From NCBI GenBank assembly GCA_951406725.2, contig OX597825.1, positions 31,496,001-31,560,000 of the forward strand: a stretch of 64,000 bases of DNA, read 5' to 3'. Below are positions 14,336 through 28,885 of the stretch, piece after piece (positions within the stretch are counted from its first letter, which is position 1; each line of letters opens with the position of its first letter). Made by a program: the position numbers and the translations under genes. This stretch comes from Octopus vulgaris (taxonomy: Eukaryota). The notes under the pieces were generated by a model that did not search any database, was not told the origin of the DNA, and saw only the letters and a program-made list of their open reading frames with translations.

Positions 14336-14565
14336 GGCGGCGAGCTGGCAGAAACGTTAGCACGCCGGGCGAAATGCTTAGCGGTATTTCGTCTGCGTTA
14401 CGTTGTGAGTTCAAATTCCGCCGAGGTCGACTTTGCCTTTCATCCTTTCGGGGTCGATAAATTAAGTACCAGTTACGCACTGGGGTCGATGTAATCGACT
14501 TAATACCTATGTCTGTCCTTGTTTGTCCCCTCTGTGTTTAGCCCATTGTGGGTAATAAAGAAATA
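14336..14565 (+). mobile_element. SINE family A, full length
   Basis: Consensus-like copy with TSD GG(T/G)ATGCTTCG. Confidence 0.9.
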
Positions 14566-15725
14566 GGGATGCTTCGGGTAGGGGCTAATCAGTCAGGTTC
14601 GATGGTTTTGGGAGGCTGTCGTCAGGCATAAAATCACCCCAAATTGCGAAAATCAGAGGATAAGTTTTCTTTAGAGAAGATGGCTGTCTTCCATTGAGCT
14701 ATTGACCACTTCTGATAGCTGAGACATTATTTTCTTTTTCTGTTTATCCCTGTTGAAAGGGAACAGGAGATATTCAAGCAATTGCAGTCCTGCCATATTG
14801 TCCAGCTTTATGGAGCTCACGACGAACTGTTTGCCTTGACACGTGGTTAGCAAGATGGTGGTTTAGATTGACCATCACTGTCACTGCTGCATTTCAGTAC
14901 TTTTTAGGCACAATACAAACTCTGTTGTTCCACACGAGAGCTTTGTCTTCTGCCCAGAATTATGCTTGCCAAAGCTGGTTTTGCCTAGGTTTTGGAATGC
15001 CGACACCATTTTTAGCTCTTGAAACATAAAAATGATTCTACAGTCTTTGGTATTCAAACAATTCACACATTTTAACTTATCTAAATATAAATATTTATAT
15101 GCAGTAAAAGAAAAACCAGAGAGCTGTATTGTGAATTGAAGGGTGCATGTAATGCATATGATCAGATACACATAGATTGGAACAGTTCTGAATTTGTCAT
15201 ATTACCAACAGAAAAAAAAAGAAGAAGGAAAAGTGATGTTTTCATTAGTTTGTTCAACCACTTCAGAAAGGCGCATCCATACATACAAACATGCATACGC
15301 ACGCATACATGCATGTATACATACATACACACCTACATGTAATAGGCATACATACGTTCAAATATACGTGTATGTATACAGAGTCTCGAAAGGATTGGTT
15401 TTACAAGAAAACAAGCAGATCAACTAATTTATTCTGCAAATTCATTTTGTAATCAGAAATGAATTGAACACATAATTTATACAGTTTTTGCCTAAAAAGT
15501 AACAATTGGGCTGTTTGTCTCGGCAAACAAAAAATGAGCCCCTTCTTTAGAGAAAAAATTTTTAAAAAGTGGAGACATAAATATATGCACATAATTGAAT
15601 TATTCGTCTGAAATGTTTAAGAAATAATCGTGAAAAGTTGCTGGTTTCCCCAGAAAAGGATCATATAAGTATTTCGCTAATTCAGACTGTAACCAGAGGG
15701 ATGAAAATGCGCGAGACCTTCCAAA

Positions 15726-16119
15726 TCTTTATATATAAAAGTGAAGTTGTGTGTCGGTCTCCTACGATTTAGATTCCTAACTACTCCCACATTTTGGGGT
15801 GCAGTTTAACCAAAACCGGGTATCTTATAGTCGTGATTCATATCGAGCCCTTCTGGGTATTAGCGCGCGTCTACGATGAGTCTACGATTAAAAAAAAATT
15901 ACCATCATTTTTTTCCATTTTAATGCATTTTTTCGCTATTATATAAGGGAAGTAACTCTCTAAAAATGTCTACGATGAGTCAACGATTTTTTAAAAAAAT
16001 TACCATCATTTTTTTTCCATTTTAATGCATTTTTTTGCTATTTTGGGGGTATAACTCTCTAAAAATGCTTTATAGTTATTTCCCTTACAAACCCGAGCAA
16101 CGCCGGGTGATACTGCTAG
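15726..16119 (+). mobile_element. Non-autonomous Helitron
   Basis: Starts A|TCTTTATATATAAAA and ends CTAG|T, with subterminal hairpin CCCGAGCAACGCCGGG and an internal ~99-bp tandem duplication. Confidence 0.85.
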
Positions 16120-16639
16120 TGTTTAATAATTTTAAATTTTAATAATTATTTGTTCTGCCAAATCCACTCACAAAGCTTTGGTCGGCGCAAGGCTATAATA
16201 GAAGACATTTGCCCAAGGTGCCACGCAGTAGAACTGAACTCGAAGTCATGCGGTTGGGAAGCAAACCTCTTACCACACACACAGCCACTCTTGCTCATGC
16301 AAAAAGATAGACAAACACCATTAATGAGAAACTAACTACTTTTATATAGAGGCTATAGATTTTTATTTGTGCCTTTTGTCATAGCTGCACAGCGTTATAT
16401 AACACTAGAAATACTGGCGTTTTCTAAGAAAGTAAACTAAATACAAACTATCGGGAGCAGAGTAAAATTTTGTAAAATTTTCCAGATATACTATATTTAA
16501 GATATCCGGGTTGAATACGTGCATAGCCCCACATGTGTACGTAGAACACACACCCACAAAGACAGCAAGTACGCAAAGGCTAATTAGGCCCCAAGCTCCT
16601 GTGTACTCAAGTCACTTCACATTTACGACATGAATGCAA

Positions 16640-16895
16640 GTATGGAGAAGTCTGCAGTTACTCTATCCAGATTACAAGTTCAGGTTTAGACCTGTAATTA
16701 TTGGAGCCCTGGGATATGTAACACACTGCCTAAATACCGATCTTGAAAAATTAGGCTTCTTAAAGCTAATTTCGAAGACTAGAGCTTCAATCCATCACTG
16801 GAACTGTATCATTTAAATATATATGAGCATGTCTAGATATGCAACTATATGCATGAGAGTACATACATAAAGCATACAAATCTACACATACATAC
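16640..16895 (+). mobile_element. RLE-type non-LTR retrotransposon 3' fragment with (TACA)n tail
   Basis: Encodes RSLQLLYPDYKFRFRPVIIGALGYV..LEKLGF and runs into a long (TACA)n tract. Confidence 0.7.
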
Positions 16896-17522
16896 ATACA
16901 TACATACATACATACATACATACATACATACATACATACATACATACACATACATACATACATACATACATACATGCATACATACATACATACATACATA
17001 CATACATACATACATACATACATACATACACATACATACATACATACATACATACATACAAACATACATACATATACACTTACATACATACATGCATGCA
17101 AACGTGACGTCTGCAACCCAATTTTCAGTCCTGCTTGCAATCTATACACTTTCGCATTGATGTAACTATGATTCATACCTCTTCGGGGAGAGGTTCAAAG
17201 AGTTTATCAGCCACGCTGACACATGCCTTCATTCCATCATGGAATTTTTCATTCAGAATTTCTCGACTACGTCAGGCCTTAGTATGCAACACACATAACA
17301 AAGTTGTAAAAAAAAAATCAAGATAAACCTGTGATAAACCAGTCTCTAAACAATGTATGCAGTTTTCCCAAAAAGAAGAACTCGCATACAACATTAGACA
17401 CAAACGCCGTTTCAGGTGTTACATCAGAGTTTTCTTTCTCCATGCGAAATATCTAAACAACGAACAGGTGTCTCTTACTCCCAACTATTGCTTGGTCATT
17501 CATTTTTATAAATACAATCCCC

Positions 17523-17931
17523 GGATCTTTTCGGTTTGAACGGCAGTTTTTTTCTAGCGGTGTCATATGAAATTGTCACCCATAATTATGACCCTAGTAT
17601 CGATCTATTGCATTTCAATCTATTTTAGGGTTAGGGGTGGGGGAAGGGTATCTTTTTTCTTCACAAATGTAAATGAATTCAATCTGTTTCTTAAACGAGG
17701 GACATATTCATACGGCACAGAATGTTGTTTACATCAATGGACGTCAGTGATTGGTTGAAATTGCAGAAATTGAAGAAAAAAATCAACAAATATCTTACAA
17801 ACTATAGAATTTTCTCAATAAAGCCAAGAGAAAAAGATGTTTTATAAACACATTCTACCAGTATACGAAGTTTAAAATTTTTTGTTACCTAGAAATTATG
17901 TTAAAAACTGCCGTTCAAACCGAAAAGATCC
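17523..17931. mobile_element. MITE with ~28-bp TIRs (GGATCTTTTCGGTTTGAACGGCAGTTTT) and 8-bp TSD; Merlin-like termini
   Basis: Perfect TIRs; TSD CAATCCCC/TAATCCCC. Second copy at 34562-34992. Confidence 0.9.
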
Positions 17932-18172
17932 TAATCCCCTCTTTAACATGTTCCGTTTTATGCCCTTTGCAGTGTCCGATGACACTCAACATGCTTACCA
18001 AATGACCACAGTTTAGTCGCCAACGGCTCGACCATGTGACAGGTTGTACTGGGTTACATGTGAGTAATAGCACTAAGTGTGGTCTGACATACACGTACAT
18101 GCATACGCATACATAAATATATACACAGACATGCATGCAAGCATGCATACATACAAGCATATATACAAACAT

Positions 18173-18216
<44 letters not shown>

Positions 18217-18889
18217 TTTTATACTTGCATACACACGTGCGTGCGTAAATACATACATACATACATACATACATACATACATACATACATACATACATAC
18301 ATACATACATACATACATACATGCATACATACATACGTACGTACGTACGTACGTACATACATACAGCAAAAACATATACCTACAATTCTGATTTTCAAAA
18401 AAGCTATTTTCCGATGGGAACAAAATGAAAGAAAAAGTAAGAAGTGAAAAAAACTTGTCAGCAATATGAAATTTATGTAAGGGAAATAAGGAATATTTCG
18501 TCATCTCTAAAAATAAACAAGATCCGCTTGACTCAGATATGATAGTAATAAAAGGTGATGGATTATAATAGATAAAAAAGAAAGAAGCCCAATAATAAGT
18601 AGAATGACAAAATATAACAGAATATGTAAGTACAGCGTATTTTAGTAAAAAGAAAATAATAAAACCAATACAGTCCTTGGCAAAATAAGAATAATATCCC
18701 TTTCTGAAAAGAACTGGAAACTTTGGGGTGGAGGCTAGACGATAATATTGACTTCAGCGTTCAACTGGTATCGACTCCGAGAGGATGAAAGGCGGAAGTT
18801 AAACTCAGGACATAAAGATTGGACGAAATGCCACTAAGCACTTTGTCGGATGTGTTAACGATTCTTTTAGCTTCCCGCCTTAATAACAA

Positions 18890-18992
18890 CTCCGGAAGGT
18901 CCTCGAAAAATTAGAGGTGTTACCTTTGTTCACTGGTAGTGAACAGCTGACACCGTAGTACATCTCCAGCGTTAGAAGCTGTGCAAAGGCAA
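18890..18992 (+). mobile_element. Short Dong-like 3' end
   Basis: LRKVLEK.. followed by a UTR resembling 32160-32223; followed by (TAA)n. Confidence 0.45.
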
Positions 18993-19229
18993 TGATAATA
19001 ATAATAATAATAATGGTTTCAAATTTTGGCACAAGGTCAACAATTTCGGGGTAGGGTTAAGTCGATTACATCGTCCCTAGTACTCAAGTGGCACCTATTT
19101 TTATCAATCCCGAATGGATGAATGGCAAAGTCGATCTCAGTTAATTTGAACCCAGAACATGAAGACGGACAAAACACTGCTAACCATTTTATCCGACGTG
19201 CTACGAACGTTTCTGCCAGCTCGCCACCT

Positions 19230-19276
<47 letters not shown>

Positions 19277-19468
19277 TAATAATAATAACTAGTTGGACCC
19301 GTGGAAAGTTCACGGAAAACAAAAAATAAAAGCATCTGTAAATAGTGTACATATTTTCTGAGTTCAAATTCTGCCGAGATCGACTTTGCCTTTCGTCCTT
19401 TCGGGATCGATAAATTAAGTATCAGCTTTGTTCTGGGGTCGATCTAATCAGCTGGCCCCTTCCCACCC

Positions 19469-19522
<54 letters not shown>

Positions 19523-19524
19523 CC

Positions 19525-19735
19525 TTTCTATTGGATGCACAAGACCTCAAATTTGGAGGAAGGGATTAAGTCGATTACAGCGACCCCAGTAAATAACTCA
19601 TACTTATTTACTCGACCCCGAAAGGATGAAAGACAAAGTCTACCTCGGCGGAATTTGAACTCAGAACGTAGCGACGGGTGAAATACTGGTAAGCATTTCG
19701 TCCAGCATGCTAACGATTCTGCCAGCACGCCACCT
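19525..19735 (-). mobile_element. SINE family A
   Basis: Matches family A. Further decayed copies at about 6300-6670, 18740-19230, 20630-20800, 33400-34250 and 46120-46510. Confidence 0.8.
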
Positions 19736-19944
19736 TAATATTAATAATAAGGATTTCTTTTATTTGCCACCAGGGCGAAGGATGAGAGGGACAATAGAAA
19801 GACAGACATAAAGGGTGGGGATTTACATTAAAAGAAGTGAAGTATACATAATATACAGTAATAAGAATTTTTTTTTAATGTGACGGGGTCCTCCTAATAC
19901 AGGAGGACCTGTAGGGATGATCAAGAAACCCCACAATCCAAGAT

Positions 19945-20353
19945 CACTCTCTTTACTCTTTTATTTGTTTCAGTCATTTGACTGCGGCCATGCTGGAGCA
20001 CCGCTATTAGTCGAGCAAATCGACCCCAGGACTTATTCTTTGTAAGCCCAGTACTTATTCTATCGGTCTCTTTTGCCGAACCGCTAAGTGACGGGGACGT
20101 AAACACACCAGCATCGGTTGTCAAGCAATGCTAGGGGGACAAACACAAACACACACACACACACACGCACATATATATATACATATATACTACAGGCTTC
20201 TTTCAGTTTCCATCTACCAAATCCACTCACAAGGCATTGGTCGGCCCAGGGCTATAGCAGAAGACACTTGCCCAAGATGCCATGCATTGGGACTGAACCC
20301 GAAACCATGTGGTTGGTTAGCAAGCTACTTACCACACAGCCACTCCTGCGCCT
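19945..20353 (-). mobile_element. SINE family B
   Basis: Reverse-complement match to 3718-4154. Confidence 0.85.
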
Positions 20354-20800
20354 TGACTAGCACGGACCAATACCCTTTGCAACTCCTTTCCTCCGACTCA
20401 CAGGTCTATACAAAAAGTGGTACCATCCACTCTTGCCGTTTTCGCAACTTTCACCCACCTTTTCATAAATTCACTCGAGAACAGCAAATAATGATATTTT
20501 TTTCCTTATTGGCAAAAAGGGCCAAACTCAAAAAAAAAAGTATAATACAAATCAAGGGTCAAAATAATAATGATTATTATTATTATTATAATCATTATTG
20601 CTATTATTTCAAAGTTTTGCCACAGGGAAGCTTGGGGGAGGTGGGTATTAAGTCGATTACATCGACCTCTGTGTTCAACTGGTACTTATTTTATCGACCC
20701 CGAAAAGATAAAAGGCAAAGTTGACATTGGCGTAGCGACGAACTCAGAACTCGCAAAGCATTTTTGCCCGGCGTGCTAACGATTATGCCAGCTTGCCGCC

Positions 20801-20861
<61 letters not shown>

Positions 20862-21336
20862 CAACAACAACAACAACAACAACAGCAATGAGGTTGTGAT
20901 GCATGTGCCTGGTGTACGCTAATCAGACGGGTAATCATGATGGGTATATTGGGCTTCGTATATGTTACCCCAGTGTCACTTTGATGGCATGCACTCATCT
21001 CTCACTCAATAATAATAATAACAACAACAACAACAACATAAACAACTGCAGCAGCAGCAACTAGTTCCCAAATATTCGAGAAAAAAAAATTTCTTTGATA
21101 AGAGAATTAGTTTGTCCTCGGCGATCCAATGTACGCGAGTCATAAGTTCACAACGAAATACACGTGTGAGAGGTATTTCCTAAAACACATTTGAGAGTAA
21201 GCTGTCTGGCTGGCCATAAACGGACTCCCTCATTGATAAAAACCAAGAGATTTGTTGTTGTTTTCGTCGTCATTGTTGTTGCTATTGTTACTCATATCAT
21301 TGTTGGTTGCGGTTAAGATCAATATCATCATCATCA

Positions 21337-21397
<61 letters not shown>

Positions 21398-21508
21398 CAT
21401 CATCATCATTATTATTATTATTATTATTATTATCATTATTATTATTATTATTATTATTGTTCATTATTATTATTATTATTATTATTATCATCATCATCAT
21501 CATCATCA

Positions 21509-21558
<50 letters not shown>

Positions 21559-22061
21559 TTTATTACTGTTAAAGTTATTATCATTATTATTATTATTATC
21601 GTGTGATTATTCAACTAGCCCAACCTATATGTGTGACATGTGACCGAGTATTTTTATCTTCATTATTTATTTAAGTATTTATTTTATTTTTTTATATATA
21701 TATTTATTTAGATCCTTGTGTTATAAGTGACAACACTTAAGAGAAAATTTCATTCAGCAAAATAGAACTTGCATTGTAAAGTATAACAGTAACATACCGG
21801 GCGGAGTGAGAGCGTAAAAAGGAAAAAAAAGAAGAAAAATAGGTAGAGAACACAAAAACTTGAAGTGTGACTATCGTAGTGTGGTTGAACCTTCTTCGCT
21901 TTCATTGTTATTAAGAGATCAACGCAGAAAACTTTGAAACATATCTGTAGTATAAAGACCAGGACCGAAAGTTGTAAAGGTATTTATTGCCCCATGATAC
22001 TTTATCCTATGATGTTTTTGGTTTTTTTTTTTTCATTAATCTTTTTATTTTTGTTTTGCAT

Positions 22062-22266
<205 letters not shown>

Positions 22267-22308
22267 GTTTGGTGATACAAACAGTAAAATAGAACTCAAA
22301 ACATGAGG

Positions 22309-22357
<49 letters not shown>

Positions 22358-22477
22358 AACGCACAAATAAACGCGAGCGCGTATTAGTTTTCTATGACCG
22401 GCAGAAGTTACAGAGTGACACATTGGTACTATACATGCACACCTGTGCGTGTGTATGTATATACACAAACCTAATAC

Positions 22478-22584
<107 letters not shown>

Positions 22585-22816
22585 ATAGTCATTATAACAT
22601 GTACATATATATATATATATCGAATCAGCTTGCACACTGCTTCCGCCGACAAAATTCCCGACGCGTTAGCCGGCCGGGGCTTTTGCAGAAGGCACGTGGT
22701 CAGACGCCGCGCAGTATGACTGAACTCGAAACCACATGGTTGCGAAATGAATTTCTTAGCTGCACAGACATGTCTGTGCATATACATACACATACATACG
22801 TACATACATACATACA

Positions 22817-22900
<84 letters not shown>

Positions 22901-23015
22901 AAAAATGGAGCTGAACGAAGATTTAACAAAATTCCTTTATTTTATTTCATTTGTGCTCTTTCTGTTGTGATTTTTGCTACATATCGGTTATGATTATCAA
23001 TACATAATTCATTTA

Positions 23016-23089
<74 letters not shown>

Positions 23090-23134
23090 GCCGCATGGCC
23101 ATATGCTCAAGAGCTGAAACTGGAAAACATAAAC

Positions 23135-23210
<76 letters not shown>

Positions 23211-24191
23211 ATACACGTGCTCATGTTATCCCATTCATATACATATATACATGTATACATAAATATATACGTACATGTATGTTTTGATCGTTGCCACCAA
23301 GGAGGAGACTACGCTGAAGTAGTGAATTCATGGTTGAATATTTTATGTTATTTGCATCTTCTTTTAGCCTATCAAGAAACCCAATACCTTAGTCAAATCT
23401 TTTCAGTGCTTGTAGTATCTTTCGATGATAAATCAATGCATTCAAAAAGGCTACAGTGCTTTGTATGAAATCACTTATTGTTGGTTAATCTAAGATGCTA
23501 AAGAAAAGTGCATGTAGATTCTTTCAAAGAATCTTAGTCTAGATGCTGGCTATGTTGTGCAATACTTTTGTGCAACTGTAGTTCAATTACAGATCAATAA
23601 ACGTCAAGTTATTGCGGCCTCACATTCTGAATAGATCTTGGTAGAAAAGCCAGTTAAAACCAAGAACTGACTTCATTTTCTCTTTTTGTTTTGCTTCTTT
23701 TACTTTTTTTTTCATAATATTTGTTCTAAAGTTTGGAAGCAGACTTTCATAAATCTTACACACACACATATATATACACATACGTGCATAACATACACAC
23801 ACATACGCACACATATACATACGTATATATATATATCTTGGATAGAGTCGCACGAAGCTGCGTTAAATATAATATATGCATGTACAATGGTATTTAACAC
23901 GTTCATGTACATTAGAACGTGAGAATACTTTTCGCTGCGGAAATATTCTCAGGAGCAAATTCTCCTCTTACACAACAGGCGTGAAAATGCATAGCGGTAT
24001 GAGTCATGTAATCGAACATTGCGGCGCTTGTGTTTCTGCATTTCTATTCATCAGCCACGAATACCGAATGCATTTTTACATGTTGTCTAAAAGGTGAAAT
24101 TTTTCTTGAAACCATTTCCACAAGAAAAGGTCTCCCTACGTTTGAATATACACGAATGTGCTAAATATATGCATATATAAATATTTGTGTA

Positions 24192-24277
<86 letters not shown>

Positions 24278-24281
<4 letters not shown>

Positions 24282-24641
24282 ACGAAAAAAACAAAAGACG
24301 AAGACAGGTGGTGTACAAAACAAACAGATGTATTAGTATAACGCTCAGGAATAGAATAAGTCTTTTACGTTTCGAGCCTACGCTCTTCTACAGAACGGAA
24401 CACAGAAAAAAACAAGGACAGAAAAAAATGTGTGTTGTGGCTACCGATCTATCATTGCGACTGTTTCTTTCTCCGTTTTCCCTTCCTTGAACTTTTCCTT
24501 TATTCTATATTTCTGACGAAGAGCTCCGCTCGAAAAGTTAAATCCTCCTTCTTTCTTTCCTTACCTGAGCGTCCAATAACACTATACTTATTCCACGTCC
24601 TCGCGTTGTTGTGTTTTCTCTTTGTTCGTGTTTGGATTAAC
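24278..24641. mobile_element. Inverted pair of Penelope-like termini, each with a hammerhead-like motif
   Basis: Plus strand CTGACGA-A-GAGC-TCC-GCTC-GAAA (about 24512-24535); minus strand CTGTAGA-A-GAGC-GTAG-GCTC-GAAAC-GTA (about 24366-24393). The arms share ACGCTCAGG/CCTGAGCGT. Confidence 0.55.
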
Positions 24642-25500
24642 TACATATATGTATATTGCCGAGGAAATATTGGCCACGTTCTGTGCTCGTTTTGTGAAAC
24701 ATCAGTACATATACATGTATGTGTGTGTGTGTTTATATATATGCATATTATTGTACATTATTTTGTGTATGTTTAAGTATATGTATACGTATTATGTCTG
24801 TGTATGCGCGCGCTCGTGTGTGTCGGCAATACGTCACTACGCGCTTACTGCGTTTACTGCTGACTCACTCAAGCGCTTTTTTGTATTGTAAACAATATAA
24901 TCAATGAGATAGTACTACATTGTTATTATAAACTAGTACGAAGTGATAGTGTTTTCCTAGAAAACAGAATATCGAGGACCACCAAATGCTTGCTAGAAAC
25001 TATGATTAGCATTTATACACTGTTCATACATGCACCTAAATTGTTCGCACAAGTATTTTTCAACATCGTGAGTGGAAACCGTCTTGTAGTGTTAAATGCT
25101 GAAAGTTTGTCTAAGGTGCAGTAGAAAACATCACACTGGGATGTAGAGTGATCAGATGATCGGAAGCTGATAAATATCCGGAGTATGCAGGTATGTGTCT
25201 AAAGTTGGTCACTGAGACAATTCAGGAAAAATGCGAACAGAAAAACTCATACGATGTCGACCTTGTCGCTATCAACAAAGAATGTGACTCGTTCGAGAAC
25301 TATTTGGGATGTGGGCGAAAGATTTCTTTCTTGTGTGAGTAAATGGCAAAACGCAAAGTAGCACACCTTTATGTGAAGTTTTTTTTTATAATGGGAAAGC
25401 AAGAAACGTCTTCAGACACATACATAAGGAAATACATCAAACCATTCACAGCTAGTTGAGAATCACGTGAGAGATATAAAGGGTGGCATAACCTACAAAC

Positions 25501-25542
<42 letters not shown>

Positions 25543-25845
25543 CGGGAAGCTTTATATATATTTGTTAAATTTTAATTATATAATTTTTTATGTATTGGCT
25601 TAAGTCTTTCTTTGTTTGATTTGCATAATAGTGGTTTTGTCTCTAATTTATTATAATTGGATAATATTTCTGATTTTCTTGTAAATTTGGATTCAATCTT
25701 TATTAATCTGATTTATATATATGTATATATATATATATATTATTATATATATATATATATATATTATTTATATATATATATATATATATTTCGTTTTGGG
25801 ATTTGGTTTGCAAGATTCTTTATGAGTTCGCGTGTTGAAGCATAT

Positions 25846-26075
25846 TCTGTTGTGTCTGGGGAGAGTCATTCTCTTTTAGTGTCTTTTTAATTAACACACT
25901 CACCGGTTAAATTTCCACTTATTTCTTATTTTTATTTTCGTTGCGTCTTGCAACCTTTTCAATAGTCACTACGAAAATTTTAGAAAATAAAAATAAGAAA
26001 TAAGTGGAAATTTTACCAGTGAGTGTGTTAAATAATAAGGCACTAAAAGAGAATGACTCTCCCCAGACACAACAG
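25846..26075. repeat. About 95-bp inverted repeat (foldback) ending in (TA)n
   Basis: CTGTTGTGTCTGGGGAGAGTCATTCTCTTTTAGTG... is mirrored by ...CACTAAAAGAGAATGACTCTCCCCAGACACAACAG. Confidence 0.85.
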
Positions 26076-26094
26076 TATATATATATATGCCTGT

Positions 26095-27290
26095 GTGATG
26101 ACGCTGCAAAACAAGCAGCCAGATAACTGAGGAATTTTCCAAGATTATTCTGAATATCATCGAACGTAGTAATTGTCCATCCTAACTTGTATTCAAAGTG
26201 GATGAAACGAGCTTTCTCTCGGAAAGAATGCCTTCTTACACTTTCATCCCCCAAGCAAAAATAAAAAAATAAAACGCTTTTGGTTTCAAGGCCATAAGGC
26301 GGGGAGCCGGCAGAATCGTTAGCAAAATGGACAAAATGCTTAGCAGTATTTCATCCGTCTTTACGTTTGGGGTTCAAACGCTGCCCAGATCGACTTTGCC
26401 TTTCGTCCGTTTGAGGTCGATAAAATAAGTACCAATCAAGCACTGGGGTCGAGGAAATCGACTAGCCCCCTCCCCCAAAAATTTCTAGGCCTTCTACCTA
26501 TAGTAGAAATGATTATTTTGCAGTGATGGTCAGGTACGTAACTAGAGTGCGCGCCACCCAAGCCAGCCCTTGAATATACAACAGAGCTTTATAAAGCTGA
26601 CCTAAAAGTGTCGCCTCCATAAAAGTGTCATGGTGATTTATGTGGTTCTTCTGTGCAGAAATAAAAGGATATTGCGAAGAACATAACCTTGAAGTTAAAG
26701 TATTGTTCCTGATCGATAATGCTGCCGGCCACCCTCGTATCGTGACATCCGTTAGACATTCATTACGTCATAGCAGTTTTGCCGACAATCAAGCACCGTC
26801 TCGTTGCATTGTTTATTTATACAATTTACTGGAGAAATAAATAGCAAGGAAAATTATTTTTCAGGGTCTTTCGAAGAATTTACCATAACGTAAAGGCCGT
26901 AAATTATATCGAAGGAGCTCGGATACAGTATCTGAGAACTGCATGAACAGGTTTTGTTTTGGAAGAAACTATGGCCTGAAGCATGCAATGACTTTTTGGG
27001 ATTTTACGAATAAACAGCACCAACTAATGATTAATACAAACGACGTCACGGATTTGGTCAATGAAAGAAGAATGTAAAGTATCAATATAAAAGGTTTGGA
27101 GAAGTTAATAGAGTCTTATATGAAGAGCAGATGCATTGAAGAGCTTCTGTAGTTGGAGCAATGCATCCAAAATGATTCTCAAGAGGTAGATCCAATAGGA
27201 TAAAGACTTCTTGCAACAGAACTGTTAAGAAACGGCAAAAGAATTTTTCAGTAATTTGGGTAAAAGGGCTCTTTTTTTTAACAATGATAG
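26095..27290 (+). pseudogene. Tigger/pogo transposase relic interrupted by a SINE (26297-26515)
   Basis: VDETSFLSERMPSYTFI..GFKA and EIKGYCEEHNLEVKVLFLIDNAAGHP match pogo DDD motifs. Confidence 0.75.
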
Positions 27291-27948
27291 TAACCATGAG
27301 TTATTCTATTACCATCATTCGTGTTGGTACCACTCGTAGAAATAATCCTATCAAGTTTCTGTCACTGTTTATTCTAAGTTCTAAAGGCCCCGTACCGCGC
27401 TGGTGCGTTTCACTTTGCCTTCTTAGAAACCTGTCTAGAGCGTTGAGTTGTTACTGCACATATATATATATGTGTGTATAGACACACACACAAACACAAA
27501 CACACGGTTGTATATATGTTTATTATATTAAGTCAATTTTGTGCTATTATTTATTATATTACATCATAATCAGTAACTAATAACTTAGATTTTATTAGCT
27601 TCACATATGAATAATAATTAAGACACAATTCTTAGAAACTATATTATAAAAATCCAATTTAGAGGATTGGTTGTTCTATAAAAAAAAAACAAAAGTAGGC
27701 CACACCTTGTTCAATGACTGGGCAGACATTTTCTGCCCCTGCAGTTAATAACCATCACTGTTATAGTCGCCGTCGTCGTCATCATCACCATCATCATCAT
27801 CAACAGTAACATCATATATCATATTGAGATAGGAAGGCAACCGCGAACGAGGTTGCTTGACCAGTTAAAATTCGCAGTCAAATATCGTCACATAACACTG
27901 TAATATCTTTAAAAACAAAAAAGGTACTCATTGGAGTTATATATTATA

Positions 27949-27979
<31 letters not shown>

Positions 27980-28496
27980 CTGTGTGTGTGTCTGTGTCTG
28001 TGTCTGTGTCTGTGTCTGTGTCTGTGTCTGTGTGTGTACGTGAACGTGTGAATAAAAATTGGGTGTGTATGTGTATTAAAAGACAAGGTGGTCGTGGCTG
28101 GAACACTTTTGATGATTTTTCGATCCGGATCCGATCAGGGCTGACTGTATAACTAAACAACACAGGCCCCGGTAGTTAATATGTGAAAGAGAAAGATGCA
28201 GGGTTTCAGTTGGTAAAAAATGAGTGTAACATTCTACAAATGAAGAGGAGTGAGAGTTCAAAGCTTAGGAGGACGAGTCCTAAAACAGAGATTAGAGGTA
28301 ATAATCTACAGCAGATATGGGGCAGCAGACAGTTTAAGGTAACATTCAACAAAAATTTGCTTCACATTTCAAAATTTCAAAATTTCAAAATTTCAAAACA
28401 TACGTTTTCATTTTCTAAGAAGGTAGGGTTATAATTCGAGGGAGAATTGACTGTTATTTCTGGTAGAGGCTTGCTTTGTGGTTTGCTACACTATAT

Positions 28497-28885
28497 CAAT
28501 CATAGGCGGCGAGCTGGCAGAAACGTTAGCACGCCGGGCGAAATGCGTTGCCGTATTTCGTCTGCCGTTACGTTCTGAGTTCAAATTCCGCCGTGGTCGA
28601 CTTTGCCTTTCATCCTTTCGGGGTCGATAAATTAAGTACCAGTTACGCACTGGGGTCGATGTAATCGACTTAATGCGTTTGTCTGTCCTTGTTTGTCCCC
28701 TCTGTGTTTAGCCCCTTGTGGGTAGTAAAGAAATATATATTAATCATAGGCAAACTGCTGTCCGCGGGAATTACGAATGTCACCCCTAACGAAAAACTAC
28801 CTTGAATATTTTTAGTCCCGCGGCCCGCCTGATGATGAGCCATGTCTCATGCGGCCCGCTTCTCGTAAAAGGTTGCCAGTGCCTG
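28497..28885. mobile_element. hAT/Charlie-like MITE interrupted by a SINE
   Basis: Termini CAATCATAGGCAAACT and AGGTTGCCAGTGCCTG, with internal GCGGCCCGC motifs. Confidence 0.55.
28505..28735 (+). mobile_element. SINE family A, full length
   Basis: Consensus-like copy with TSD TATAT(C/T)AATCATA. Confidence 0.9.

Noticed and set aside
20128-20724. 198-aa ORF
   Set aside because: Runs through antisense SINE B, a microsatellite and SINE A.
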